Source of the DNA: an uncultured Bacillota bacterium
GTDB taxonomy: Bacteria > Bacillota > Dehalobacteriia > UBA7702
Length of the DNA stretch: 64,000 bases
Reading direction: 5' to 3'
NCBI GenBank assembly: GCA_934702375.1
Contig: CAKUYE010000013.1
Coordinates: forward strand, 1,564-65,563
Each line of letters begins with the position of its first letter. Position 1 is the stretch's first letter. Below the pieces are notes generated by a model that was not told the DNA's origin, made no database searches, and saw only the letters and a list, made by a program, of their open reading frames with translations. Below, piece by piece: positions 56,894-64,000 of this stretch. A program made the position numbers and the translations under genes.

Positions 56894-57281
56894 GAAATCA
56901 ATGATTTTTGATGCACAAATTTTCTCAGATCTTTGTGACAGTAAAGAAATACATTCATGTGCCATTGTTACGTCGTTGAAAAAGGACCACATCATTCATT
57001 CATTTTGCGAAACCTTTTGCATTGAAATGAAAAAGGTTAGGGAAAACGTAGAGTTCTTTGTAGATGACGTGTTTCTAAATACAAGTACAGATACTCTTTC
57101 TTTGGTTCTTGCTCCTTCCCCTCATGAAAATGTGGATTCTTACCGCATTTGCAAATCTTGTGATGCTGTACTTATCGTGGAAAGATACGGACATTCTCTC
57201 CATTATGTTTTTGATGAGATGATTGTTTTCTTGAGGGAACACAATTTCGACATACTTGGAGTAATAAGTATTACAGATTAA
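56883..57281 (+). CDS. Short CpsD/BY-kinase-like protein lacking a Walker A P-loop (degenerate)
   Basis: 132 aa. Position and C-terminal ILGVISITD resemble CpsD. The usual GxxGxGKS/T is replaced by AIVTSLKKDHIIHS. Confidence 0.35.
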   Translation: MKNKKSMIFDAQIFSDLCDSKEIHSCAIVTSLKKDHIIHSFCETFCIEMKKVRENVEFFVDDVFLNTSTDTLSLVLAPSPHENVDSYRICKSCDAVLIVERYGHSLHYVFDEMIVFLREHNFDILGVISITD

Positions 57282-57305
57282 TTAGATCGCAGGAAGGTTG
57301 TTATA

Positions 57306-58829
57306 TTGTCTCGTACAGGTTATGCAATAAAAAATGTATTTGTTGGCGTTGGTGGCCAGTTTTTTAGTATTCTGATTGGCCTTGTTACACGTATTTTTTT
57401 TGTACGTCTTTTAGCCCAAGAATATCTTGGGCTTAACGGGCTTTTCTCGAGTATTCTAACGACACTGTCTTTTGTTGAGCTTGGGATTGGTCCTGCTATT
57501 GTGTATAGCCTGTATAAGCCTCTGGCAGAGCGGGATAATGAACAAGTCAATGCATTAATGAATCTGTTCCGAAAGTCATATATTGCAATTGGTGTTGCCG
57601 TGGCTGCTATTGGGATTGCATTGACTCCATTCTTACCCTATTTGATCGAGGATATTCCGGAAAATATTCCTCATATCAATGCAATATATATTCTGTTTGT
57701 TGTTAATACTTCGATTTCCTACTTTTTTTCCTATAAGAAGTCTTTGATTATTGCTGATCAGAGGCAATATATTGTGACTGCGTGTCATTATGTCTTTTAT
57801 TTCATAATGAATGCTCTGCAGATTGGCTTCTTGTACTTCACCAGAAGTTATTTTGTTTATTTGGTTATTATGATCCTATCCACCTTTATGGAGAATATCG
57901 TGATTTCTCAAATCGCGAGTCGAAAATACCCTGCCTTTTTGTCTGGTCACCCTTGTGCACTACGCAATGAATATAAGAATGAGATTATCATTAATATTAA
58001 AGCAATCATCCTTCACAAACTGGGTACCGTAATCCATACGGTTTCGGATAATCTGATCATGGGAAAATTTTTTGGATTAGTATCTGTTGCAATTTATTCT
58101 AACTATTTACTGATTATCACGCCGTTAAATGCTATTGGTGGACAAATCTTTTCGTTTACAGCAAGCCTGGGAAATTTAAAAGTAACATCCGAAGATGATC
58201 ATGCAATTGATGTTTTTCGCATTATGGAGTTTGTGGATTTCTGGGTTTATGCATTTTTTTCTGTTTGTCTGTTTGTTCTATTTAATCCTTTTATTGCAAT
58301 AGCCTTTGGTGAAAATTTTCTGTTCCCGATGTTTACCGTGGCGCTTATTGTTCTAAGTTTTTATCTTGACGGAAGAAGAAAGGCATTGCTGTCCATAAAA
58401 GAGGGGTATGGTATATTTTATCCGGATCGGTATAAACCCCTTGTCGAAGTTACTGCAAAAGTGCTGTTGTCGATTGGGCTAGCAATTCCCTATGGAATCA
58501 ATGGTGTTTTCCTTGGCGGGATCCTGAGTCGCTTTGTGTGTATCGTTGTAGAGCCATATGTCGTATATAAATATGGGCTTGGCTGGCAATACTTAAGTAG
58601 CTATGTGAAACGATATATTATGTATTTTGCGGTGTTTGTAGCCCTTACCATAGTGACATATATAGCTGCTTCCCTTTGTGGTGATGGTGGACTCCTCCCC
58701 TTTGTCGGTAAAATGATGGTTTGCTTGGTTTTCCCAAATATTGTTATTTTCCTCTTATTTCGAAAAACAACAGAATTTGCTTGGGTTTGGAATACCTTTA
58801 AAAAATTTATGAAAAAAATAAAGAAATAA
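57306..58829 (+). CDS. Wzx-type flippase (MOP superfamily polysaccharide biosynthesis protein)
   Basis: 507 aa, 12-14 TM. Typical Wzx N-terminal region. Confidence 0.7.
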   Translation: MSRTGYAIKNVFVGVGGQFFSILIGLVTRIFFVRLLAQEYLGLNGLFSSILTTLSFVELGIGPAIVYSLYKPLAERDNEQVNALMNLFRKSYIAIGVAVAAIGIALTPFLPYLIEDIPENIPHINAIYILFVVNTSISYFFSYKKSLIIADQRQYIVTACHYVFYFIMNALQIGFLYFTRSYFVYLVIMILSTFMENIVISQIASRKYPAFLSGHPCALRNEYKNEIIINIKAIILHKLGTVIHTVSDNLIMGKFFGLVSVAIYSNYLLIITPLNAIGGQIFSFTASLGNLKVTSEDDHAIDVFRIMEFVDFWVYAFFSVCLFVLFNPFIAIAFGENFLFPMFTVALIVLSFYLDGRRKALLSIKEGYGIFYPDRYKPLVEVTAKVLLSIGLAIPYGINGVFLGGILSRFVCIVVEPYVVYKYGLGWQYLSSYVKRYIMYFAVFVALTIVTYIAASLCGDGGLLPFVGKMMVCLVFPNIVIFLLFRKTTEFAWVWNTFKKFMKKIKK

Positions 58830-58837
58830 GATTTTTT

Positions 58838-58870
58838 CAAAGCTTCCTTTGGGGAGCTTTGATTTTTTGT
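58838..58870 (+). terminator. Rho-independent terminator after the flippase gene
   Basis: caaagcttcctttggggagctttg followed by attttttg. Confidence 0.55.
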
Positions 58871-58926
58871 TGCGTTTTTCTTTTGGCCGTGATATAGTGG
58901 ATATAGTAATCTGCCGGAGGTGCAAA

Positions 58927-60834
58927 ATGGACAGACGCAGAGAGTATTTAGAAGAGAGATTAAAAGAGGCAGAGGCGAAGATTAAGGCTCAAAATCAGGT
59001 GATACGAAATTTAGAATTACGAAAAGAGCAGTACGATTCTATCTTGGAAAGTATGTCTGAGCTTGTTGAGAGAACCGATCCGAACCTTAATCTTATTTAT
59101 GTTAACAAGGCATTGTCTGATTTTTACGGTGAAACACCGGAAAGTATGATTAATACAGATACCATGAAGCTTGTATGTCAAGAGGACCATGATGCGATTT
59201 ATGAAATGATGCGAAATATTACTGTGGATAGTCCCCATTACAAATATGAGTATCGTGTAAATATTAACGATCGGATTTATTGGATGGAAAGCGTTGGTCG
59301 TGGGTTTTATGATGAGGACGGGGAAATAATAGAATATCAGGATGTCAGTCGTGATATTACCCATTTTAAAAACTTAGAGGAACAATTAAAATATCTTGTT
59401 GATATGCAAACAAAAAAATTGCAGGCAAGTAATTCGGAGCTACAACAAGTAAATAACTATTTGCATAGTATTTTATCCAATATTTCCGAAGGGATTTTAG
59501 TAATTAACAAGAATGGAGAGTGTGAGTTCTTAAATTACGGCCCTAAGGATTTATGGAAGCACGCCAGCCAAGATATCAGTATATATTTTAAGGAATTATT
59601 AAATGATAAAAAGAGTAATGTAATCAATTGGATGTTTTTTAAAAAGCGACCGTTTTTCGATGCTGAGATGCACTTTGTTTCTCGGCGACGCGATCTTTTT
59701 TTTGTCGTTTCAGGAATGCCTCTTGATACCGGTGACGATATGGTGGAAAAAAGTATATTGGTTTTAAAACCGGTTACTCAGGTACGTAAGATGGTAACTC
59801 AAATGAGTGGGAATCAAGCACGTTTTCACTTTAAAGATATCATTACTATCAGTCAAAAGATGCAGGATGATATTTATTTGGCAAAGCAAGCCGCAATGAG
59901 TGATTGTAATGTTTTAATTGAAGGGGAGAGCGGTACCGGTAAGGAGCTTTTTGCCCAAAGCATTCATAATGCCAGCTTACGTCAGAATGGGCCATTTGTT
60001 GCGGTGAATTGTGGTGCGCTGCCTCGTGAGTTAGTTGCCAGTGAGCTGTTTGGTTATGCAGAGGGTTCTTTTACCGGTGCAAAAAAAGGAGGTAAACCCG
60101 GGAAATTTGAACTTGCTGATGGAGGCACTTTATTTCTCGATGAGATTGGAGATATGCCATTGGATCAGCAGATTGCTTTGTTACGAGTGATTCAAGAGCG
60201 CTGTGTTACCAGGGTTGGCGGCAATCGCAATATTAATGTTGATGTCCGCATAATTTGTGCAACGAATCGTGATCTTCAGCGGGAAGCCAAAGAGAAGAGC
60301 TTTCGTGAGGATCTTTATTATCGATTGAATGTCATTAGTATTCATGTTCCGCCGTTGCGGGAGCGAAAAGATGATATTATGCCGCTATTCTGCTCTTTTT
60401 GGGCAAATGTTACCGGTGGAAAACCGGAAGATTTTTTATCGTTATTGCAGCCTGAGGTCATTGACGTGTTGTTGCGCTATGATTATCCGGGTAATGTCAG
60501 AGAGTTGCAAAACGTAGCAGACCGTATGGTATATCTTTCCGACGGCGATGAAATCACCATGAAATACCTGCCTCAACATATTATAGATTCCGTTGTTGAA
60601 GTGCAAAATGCTTTAGCTGTAGTAGAAGATGTTTCGACGGATTTTGTTTCTCCGGAAACATCTTTGCCCACGATCACCGATGTACGTCAGCGTAAACAGA
60701 AACAGATTCTTTTGCAGCAGCGGCAGGAACTATTGCTGGCATTGGAAAAGGAAAATGGTAATATTGCAGCAGCTGCTCGTCGTTTGGGTGTTTCGCGGAC
60801 AACATTTTATCGAAAGCTGGATCTTACCGAATGA
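58927..60834 (+). CDS. Sigma-54-dependent transcriptional activator (enhancer-binding protein) with N-terminal coiled-coil/PAS sensor region and C-terminal HTH
   Basis: AAA+ sigma-54 interaction domain (ESGTGKELFAQSIH, GAFTGA-like ESFTGA, ELFGYAEGSFTGA). C-terminal Fis-type HTH (LGVSRTTFYRKL). RBS ggagg. Confidence 0.85.
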   Translation: MDRRREYLEERLKEAEAKIKAQNQVIRNLELRKEQYDSILESMSELVERTDPNLNLIYVNKALSDFYGETPESMINTDTMKLVCQEDHDAIYEMMRNITVDSPHYKYEYRVNINDRIYWMESVGRGFYDEDGEIIEYQDVSRDITHFKNLEEQLKYLVDMQTKKLQASNSELQQVNNYLHSILSNISEGILVINKNGECEFLNYGPKDLWKHASQDISIYFKELLNDKKSNVINWMFFKKRPFFDAEMHFVSRRRDLFFVVSGMPLDTGDDMVEKSILVLKPVTQVRKMVTQMSGNQARFHFKDIITISQKMQDDIYLAKQAAMSDCNVLIEGESGTGKELFAQSIHNASLRQNGPFVAVNCGALPRELVASELFGYAEGSFTGAKKGGKPGKFELADGGTLFLDEIGDMPLDQQIALLRVIQERCVTRVGGNRNINVDVRIICATNRDLQREAKEKSFREDLYYRLNVISIHVPPLRERKDDIMPLFCSFWANVTGGKPEDFLSLLQPEVIDVLLRYDYPGNVRELQNVADRMVYLSDGDEITMKYLPQHIIDSVVEVQNALAVVEDVSTDFVSPETSLPTITDVRQRKQKQILLQQRQELLLALEKENGNIAAAARRLGVSRTTFYRKLDLTE

Positions 60835-60855
60835 TAAATTATCGATTAAACCATG

Positions 60856-60935
60856 AACGAACCGCATATGTTCCGAATATGTTGCAAATATGTTCTGTTA
60901 AAACGTTTTAGGAACATATTTGGTTCACAAAGAGT
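60856..60935 (+). promoter_or_regulatory. Cluster of ATATGTTC/GAACATAT repeat motifs (candidate enhancer/UAS for the sigma-54 activator)
   Basis: Three direct copies (gcATATGTTCcg, aATATGTTgc, aATATGTTCtg) and one inverted copy (gGAACATATtt) 120-190 bp upstream of the sigma-54 promoter. Confidence 0.45.
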
Positions 60936-61048
60936 ACGGTGTTTCGGAGGGATATTTAGGCGAAAAAAAGTAGAATAAAAAGGAATTTAGACTTGGTACA
61001 GGAGCTTTCTTTAAAAAAGCGATTGTTGCAAGTCTATTTTGTTTTTTT

Positions 61049-61064
61049 TGGCACGCTCTTTGCA
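61049..61064 (+). promoter_or_regulatory. Sigma-54 (-24/-12) promoter: TGGCACG-N4-TTGCA
   Basis: tTGGCACgctctTTGCAtt about 160 nt upstream of the mttB-like start codon. Confidence 0.7.
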
Positions 61065-61222
61065 TTATATAAAGGCATAAGGAACAAAAGCAACAAGGGA
61101 TTCATGAAACATCGATGAAGTTGTTGAGAACTGCTATTGTTGTCATTGGAAAGCTATTCGTTGTATAAATTTAGTTTGTTATTGGATTTATCCAAAATAA
61201 TAAAAAAAGAGAGGTACAATTG

Positions 61223-62701
61223 ATGAGAAGAAACATTTCTTGTGGGCGTGGCCTTCTTTCCGGCTTCAGCCTAAACGTTTTCTCCGAAGAAGAGTGCGAA
61301 CGAATTCACCTTGCGTCACTGGAGTTATTGGAAACGACCGGTATTTTTTGCGAAAGCGATCGTGCCATCGAAATTTACGAGGCAGGAGGTTGCCGCATTG
61401 ATCACGACAAGAAAAGAGTGCATATTCCTGCTTGGTTAGTAGAAGACTCTGTTCGTAAGGCTCCGCCCAGAGTTTTAATGGCCGGCCGTGATCCTCAAAA
61501 TGATGTTGTTTTGGAAAGTGGTCGAGTAAACTTCCTTACCTTTGGTCAGGGGATCAATGTTATCGATCCTTATAGCGGTGAACGTCGTCCTTCCGTAAAA
61601 CAGGACGTTGCCGATGTTGCTCGTCTTGTTGATGCGCTTCCTAACGTAGATGTTATTGAAGATACTCTTTATTGCAGTGACAAAGACGAAAGAGTCGCCA
61701 CCCTCCATAATGCGGAAGCCACTCTTACGAATACCACCAAACATCAGAGTCAGGGGGCAGACAGTGCCCATCAGGCAAAGCTCTGTATCGAGATTGCTGC
61801 TGCCATCGTCGGCGGTAAAGATAAATTAAAATCTCGTCCGATTATTTCCGGCGGTGGTTGCCCTGTAAGTCCTCTTACTCTTCCTAAGGGCAACACTGAG
61901 CAGCTTATTGAATATGCATCGGCCGGTCTTCCCTGTAATCCTTTGTCTATGGCCATGGCAGGTGGCTCTACTCCTGTTACTCTAGCAGGTACGTTGACCG
62001 TTCACAATGCTGAAATTATTTCCTATATCGTGTTGATTCAGCTTGTAAATCCCGGTAATCCTTGTACCTATGGCAGTTCTACAACTGCAATGGATCTTCG
62101 TCGTGCCGTTGCATGCGTAGGTTCTCCTGAACTTGGTATGATTTCCGCTGCTGTTGCCCGTATGGCTCAGTTCTATAAGATCCCCAGTTTTGTGGCAGGT
62201 ACCTAGGCAGACAGTAAATTGTCTGACATTCAAGCAGGACACGAAAAAACATTAACAGCCATGTTGCCGGCGTTGGCAGGTGCCAACCTCATCTACGGGC
62301 TGGGTATGTTAGAATCCGGTATTACTCTGGGCTATGGCCAGATGGTTATGGACAATGAATTTGCCGGTATGATTCGCTATGCTCTTCAGGGTATTCCTGT
62401 AAATGACGAAACTCTCGATGTTGATTCTATTATTCGTGTTGGTCCCGGTGGCAATCATCTTACCGAACCCAACACCGTTTCCAAAACTAGAGGTTATCAA
62501 TCCACTCCCAAATTTATTGATCGTAATTTGATGGATAATTGGCTCCTTGAAGGTGGCGTAGATTTCAAGACCAAGTGTGATGAAGAAGCAAGACGTATTC
62601 TCGAAACGCATCAGGTAACTCCTGTATCGGAATATGCTGTCGGTACCATTCGTGAAATCATTGAAAAAGAAGAACGCGATCTTGGCATCAGTCAATCTTA
62701 A
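61223..62701 (+). CDS. mttB: MttB-superfamily (trimethylamine-type) corrinoid methyltransferase interrupted by a single in-frame UAG at 62204-62206 (candidate pyrrolysine codon)
   Basis: ORFs 61220..62206 and 62219..62701 are in the same frame, separated only by TAG. Combined length is about 493 aa. Both halves are MttB-like (N-terminal ...IHLASLELLETTGI..., C-terminal ...LIYGLGMLESG...). The UAG is at codon 328, against Pyl334 in archaeal MttB. RBS gagagg. Confidence 0.6.
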
Positions 62702-62778
62702 TCATGTGACTATCTGTATGTTTTATGTTCGGGCGGGTTTTCCCGCCCGAAATAATTACTTTGAAAGGAGTTGCTCCA

Positions 62779-64000
62779 ATGGCAGATACAACTTCTCAGG
62801 CAAAAAAACTCAGTTCAGTGGATTTGTTTTTAGGTATTATTGTTCTTATGCTGTTTCTTGATTCTGGGACAGCCTCCTCTGCAATGGGGATTAGTTCAAT
62901 TACGTGGTATTTGATCCTCGGCATAATTTTCTTTTTGCCTATGGCTCTGATTACGGCAGAGCTTGGCTCAACTTATCCTTCTGACGGCGGTCTGTATCAT
63001 TGGGTAAAAATTTCTCTTGGTGCAGATAACGCAGCCAGAGTCACCTGGTATTATTGGTTAAATAATGCAGTTTGGGTTGCCTCCGCTACGATTTTCGTCA
63101 TGGACGTTGTTCGGCAAATGTTAAACTTGCTTTTTGGAATAGAAGTTTCTTTTTTCCTTTATTTGGCTTTTTCCTGTATTTTAGTGTGGGTTTATGTATT
63201 GATGGCAACCCAACCTCAAAATGAATCTACCGCCGTTCGAAACCTTGGTGGTATTGCAAAATTGACAATTGTCGCAGCAATGATTTTATGCGCCATCTGT
63301 TATCTGGTAAAGAGTGGCGGGGAGACTGCAACCGCTTTTACAGTTACAGAGTTTAAACCGACGATAGGGGCTGCTTTTGCCTTTTTCCCCGCTTTAATTT
63401 ATAACGTTATGGGTTTTGATGCCATTAGCTCGATTGGTGGCAGCAATATTAAAAATCCGGCAAAGGATTTGCCGCGAATGATCCTCTTAAGTTTGGTTAT
63501 AATCATTGCCGTCTATGTTCTGTTTACTTTGGCGATGTGTATTGTTACGCCCTACGAAGAAATTGATATCATTAATGGGATTTTGAATATCTTTATTATC
63601 ACTTTTCCCGGCGGCCTTGGTACTGTTCTGTACGTTCTTATTGGTGTTATTTTCCTGTACACTTTGATGTCACAAGGTCCGGCTTGGCTTCAGGCTGCTG
63701 GCTATATGGCAGTAGAAGCTGCCTCTGATGAAAACCGTGAACTTCCCAAAGTTTTTGGAACCGTGACGAAAAAAGGTGCGCCATTGGGGAGCATTGTGAT
63801 TATCGGTATTGTGAGTACGGTGTTGATTATTGCTTACGGTCTTCTTGCCTCTTTTGTCGGAGGTACTGCAAGTGATTTATTCTGGACTTTATTCTCTTTC
63901 ACTTCTTTGATTTTCCTTCTGCCGTTTATTATGTGTTGTTCCGCTTTTATGAAGCTGAGGAAAAACGATGGGAAAACTCAACGAGGATATCGTTTCCCCG
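62779..64000 (+). CDS. APC-superfamily permease (amino acid/organocation transporter), 3' end beyond window
   Basis: RBS aaaggag. Open frame to the window end (more than 400 aa) with about 11 hydrophobic helices. Absent from the ORF track because no stop is reached. Confidence 0.65.
   Translation, partial: MADTTSQAKKLSSVDLFLGIIVLMLFLDSGTASSAMGISSITWYLILGIIFFLPMALITAELGSTYPSDGGLYHWVKISLGADNAARVTWYYWLNNAVWVASATIFVMDVVRQMLNLLFGIEVSFFLYLAFSCILVWVYVLMATQPQNESTAVRNLGGIAKLTIVAAMILCAICYLVKSGGETATAFTVTEFKPTIGAAFAFFPALIYNVMGFDAISSIGGSNIKNPAKDLPRMILLSLVIIIAVYVLFTLAMCIVTPYEEIDIINGILNIFIITFPGGLGTVLYVLIGVIFLYTLMSQGPAWLQAAGYMAVEAASDENRELPKVFGTVTKKGAPLGSIVIIGIVSTVLIIAYGLLASFVGGTASDLFWTLFSFTSLIFLLPFIMCCSAFMKLRKNDGKTQRGYRFP

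Noticed and set aside
44400-58830. Glycan island as a mobile element
   Set aside because: Compositional shift is visible, but no integrase, transposase, direct repeats or tRNA at the borders were seen. Called an island only in the compositional sense.
61220-62701. Reading the split MttB frames as a pseudogene (nonsense mutation)
   Set aside because: Single in-frame TAG only, same frame on both sides, no other lesions. The position coincides with the conserved pyrrolysine site of MttB. The gene retains an RBS and a dedicated sigma-54 promoter. Kept as a Pyl candidate, but not provable without pyl genes.
62729-62752. Hairpin ttcgggcgggttttcccgcccgaa after the mttB stop as a rho-independent terminator
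   Set aside because: Good stem but no 3' U-tract (followed by ataattac). It may pause or partially terminate, and the downstream permease is probably co-transcribed.

Overview
This window looks like a chromosomal segment from an anaerobic Firmicutes (Clostridia-like) genome with a strong corrinoid (vitamin B12) theme. All feature and organism assignments below come from reading the sequence and ORF-track proteins by eye; no database search was run. Coordinates for non-CDS features may be off by 1-2 nt.

Layout, left to right:
- 1-2300: a 5'-truncated membrane-protein gene, an AraC/GyrI-like regulator, and a tRNA operon (Ser-TGA, Ser-GCT, Arg-ACG) with its own promoter and terminator.
- 2485-18810 (minus strand): a 16-gene anaerobic cobalamin/tetrapyrrole operon in the order cobQ, cbiC, cbiD, cbiET, cbiG, cbiH, cbiJ, cbiA, hemA, sirC, hemC, cobA-hemD, hemB, hemL, cbiL, cbiF.
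- 18841-19663: one intergenic region holding two divergent promoters and two divergent cobalamin riboswitches. The minus-strand one controls the biosynthetic operon through an unusually long leader that contains an approximately 82-bp tandem duplication.
- 19664-24294 (plus strand): cbiMNQO cobalt ECF transporter, cbiK and cobD.
- 24404-29050: sbcDC and a VanZ-like membrane protein.
- 29241-34471: two tandem paralogous surface proteins (signal peptide, PQQ-like beta-propeller, three SLH domains). The duplication includes the promoter and a long 5' UTR.
- 34572-44460: a third cobalamin riboswitch heads a seven-gene operon that encodes no B12 biosynthesis enzyme. This is the candidate undescribed system. 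Its products are:
  - a large DUF4430-terminated surface protein;
  - a MoxR AAA+ ATPase;
  - a DUF58 (vWA-like) protein;
  - a transglutaminase-like membrane protein with an altered catalytic triad;
  - two adjacent lipoproteins that together resemble a split transcobalamin/intrinsic-factor fold (alpha/alpha-toroid domain plus DUF4430 beta domain);
  - a UbiA/MenA-family membrane prenyltransferase.
  I interpret it as a cell-surface corrinoid capture and hand-off apparatus.
- 44574-58830: an AT-richer glycopolymer island. It carries LCP, PglF/PglE/PglC-like 4-amino-sugar genes, TarI/TarJ CDP-ribitol genes, LicD, two GT2 glycosyltransferases, and Wzy/Wzz/Wzx. The predicted product is zwitterionic.
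- 58927-64000: a sigma-54 enhancer-binding protein, clustered ATATGTTC upstream repeats and a near-perfect sigma-54 promoter, then an MttB-family corrinoid methyltransferase gene with one in-frame UAG at the canonical pyrrolysine position, followed by an APC-family permease that runs off the window.

No transposase, integrase, CRISPR array or rRNA gene was seen.
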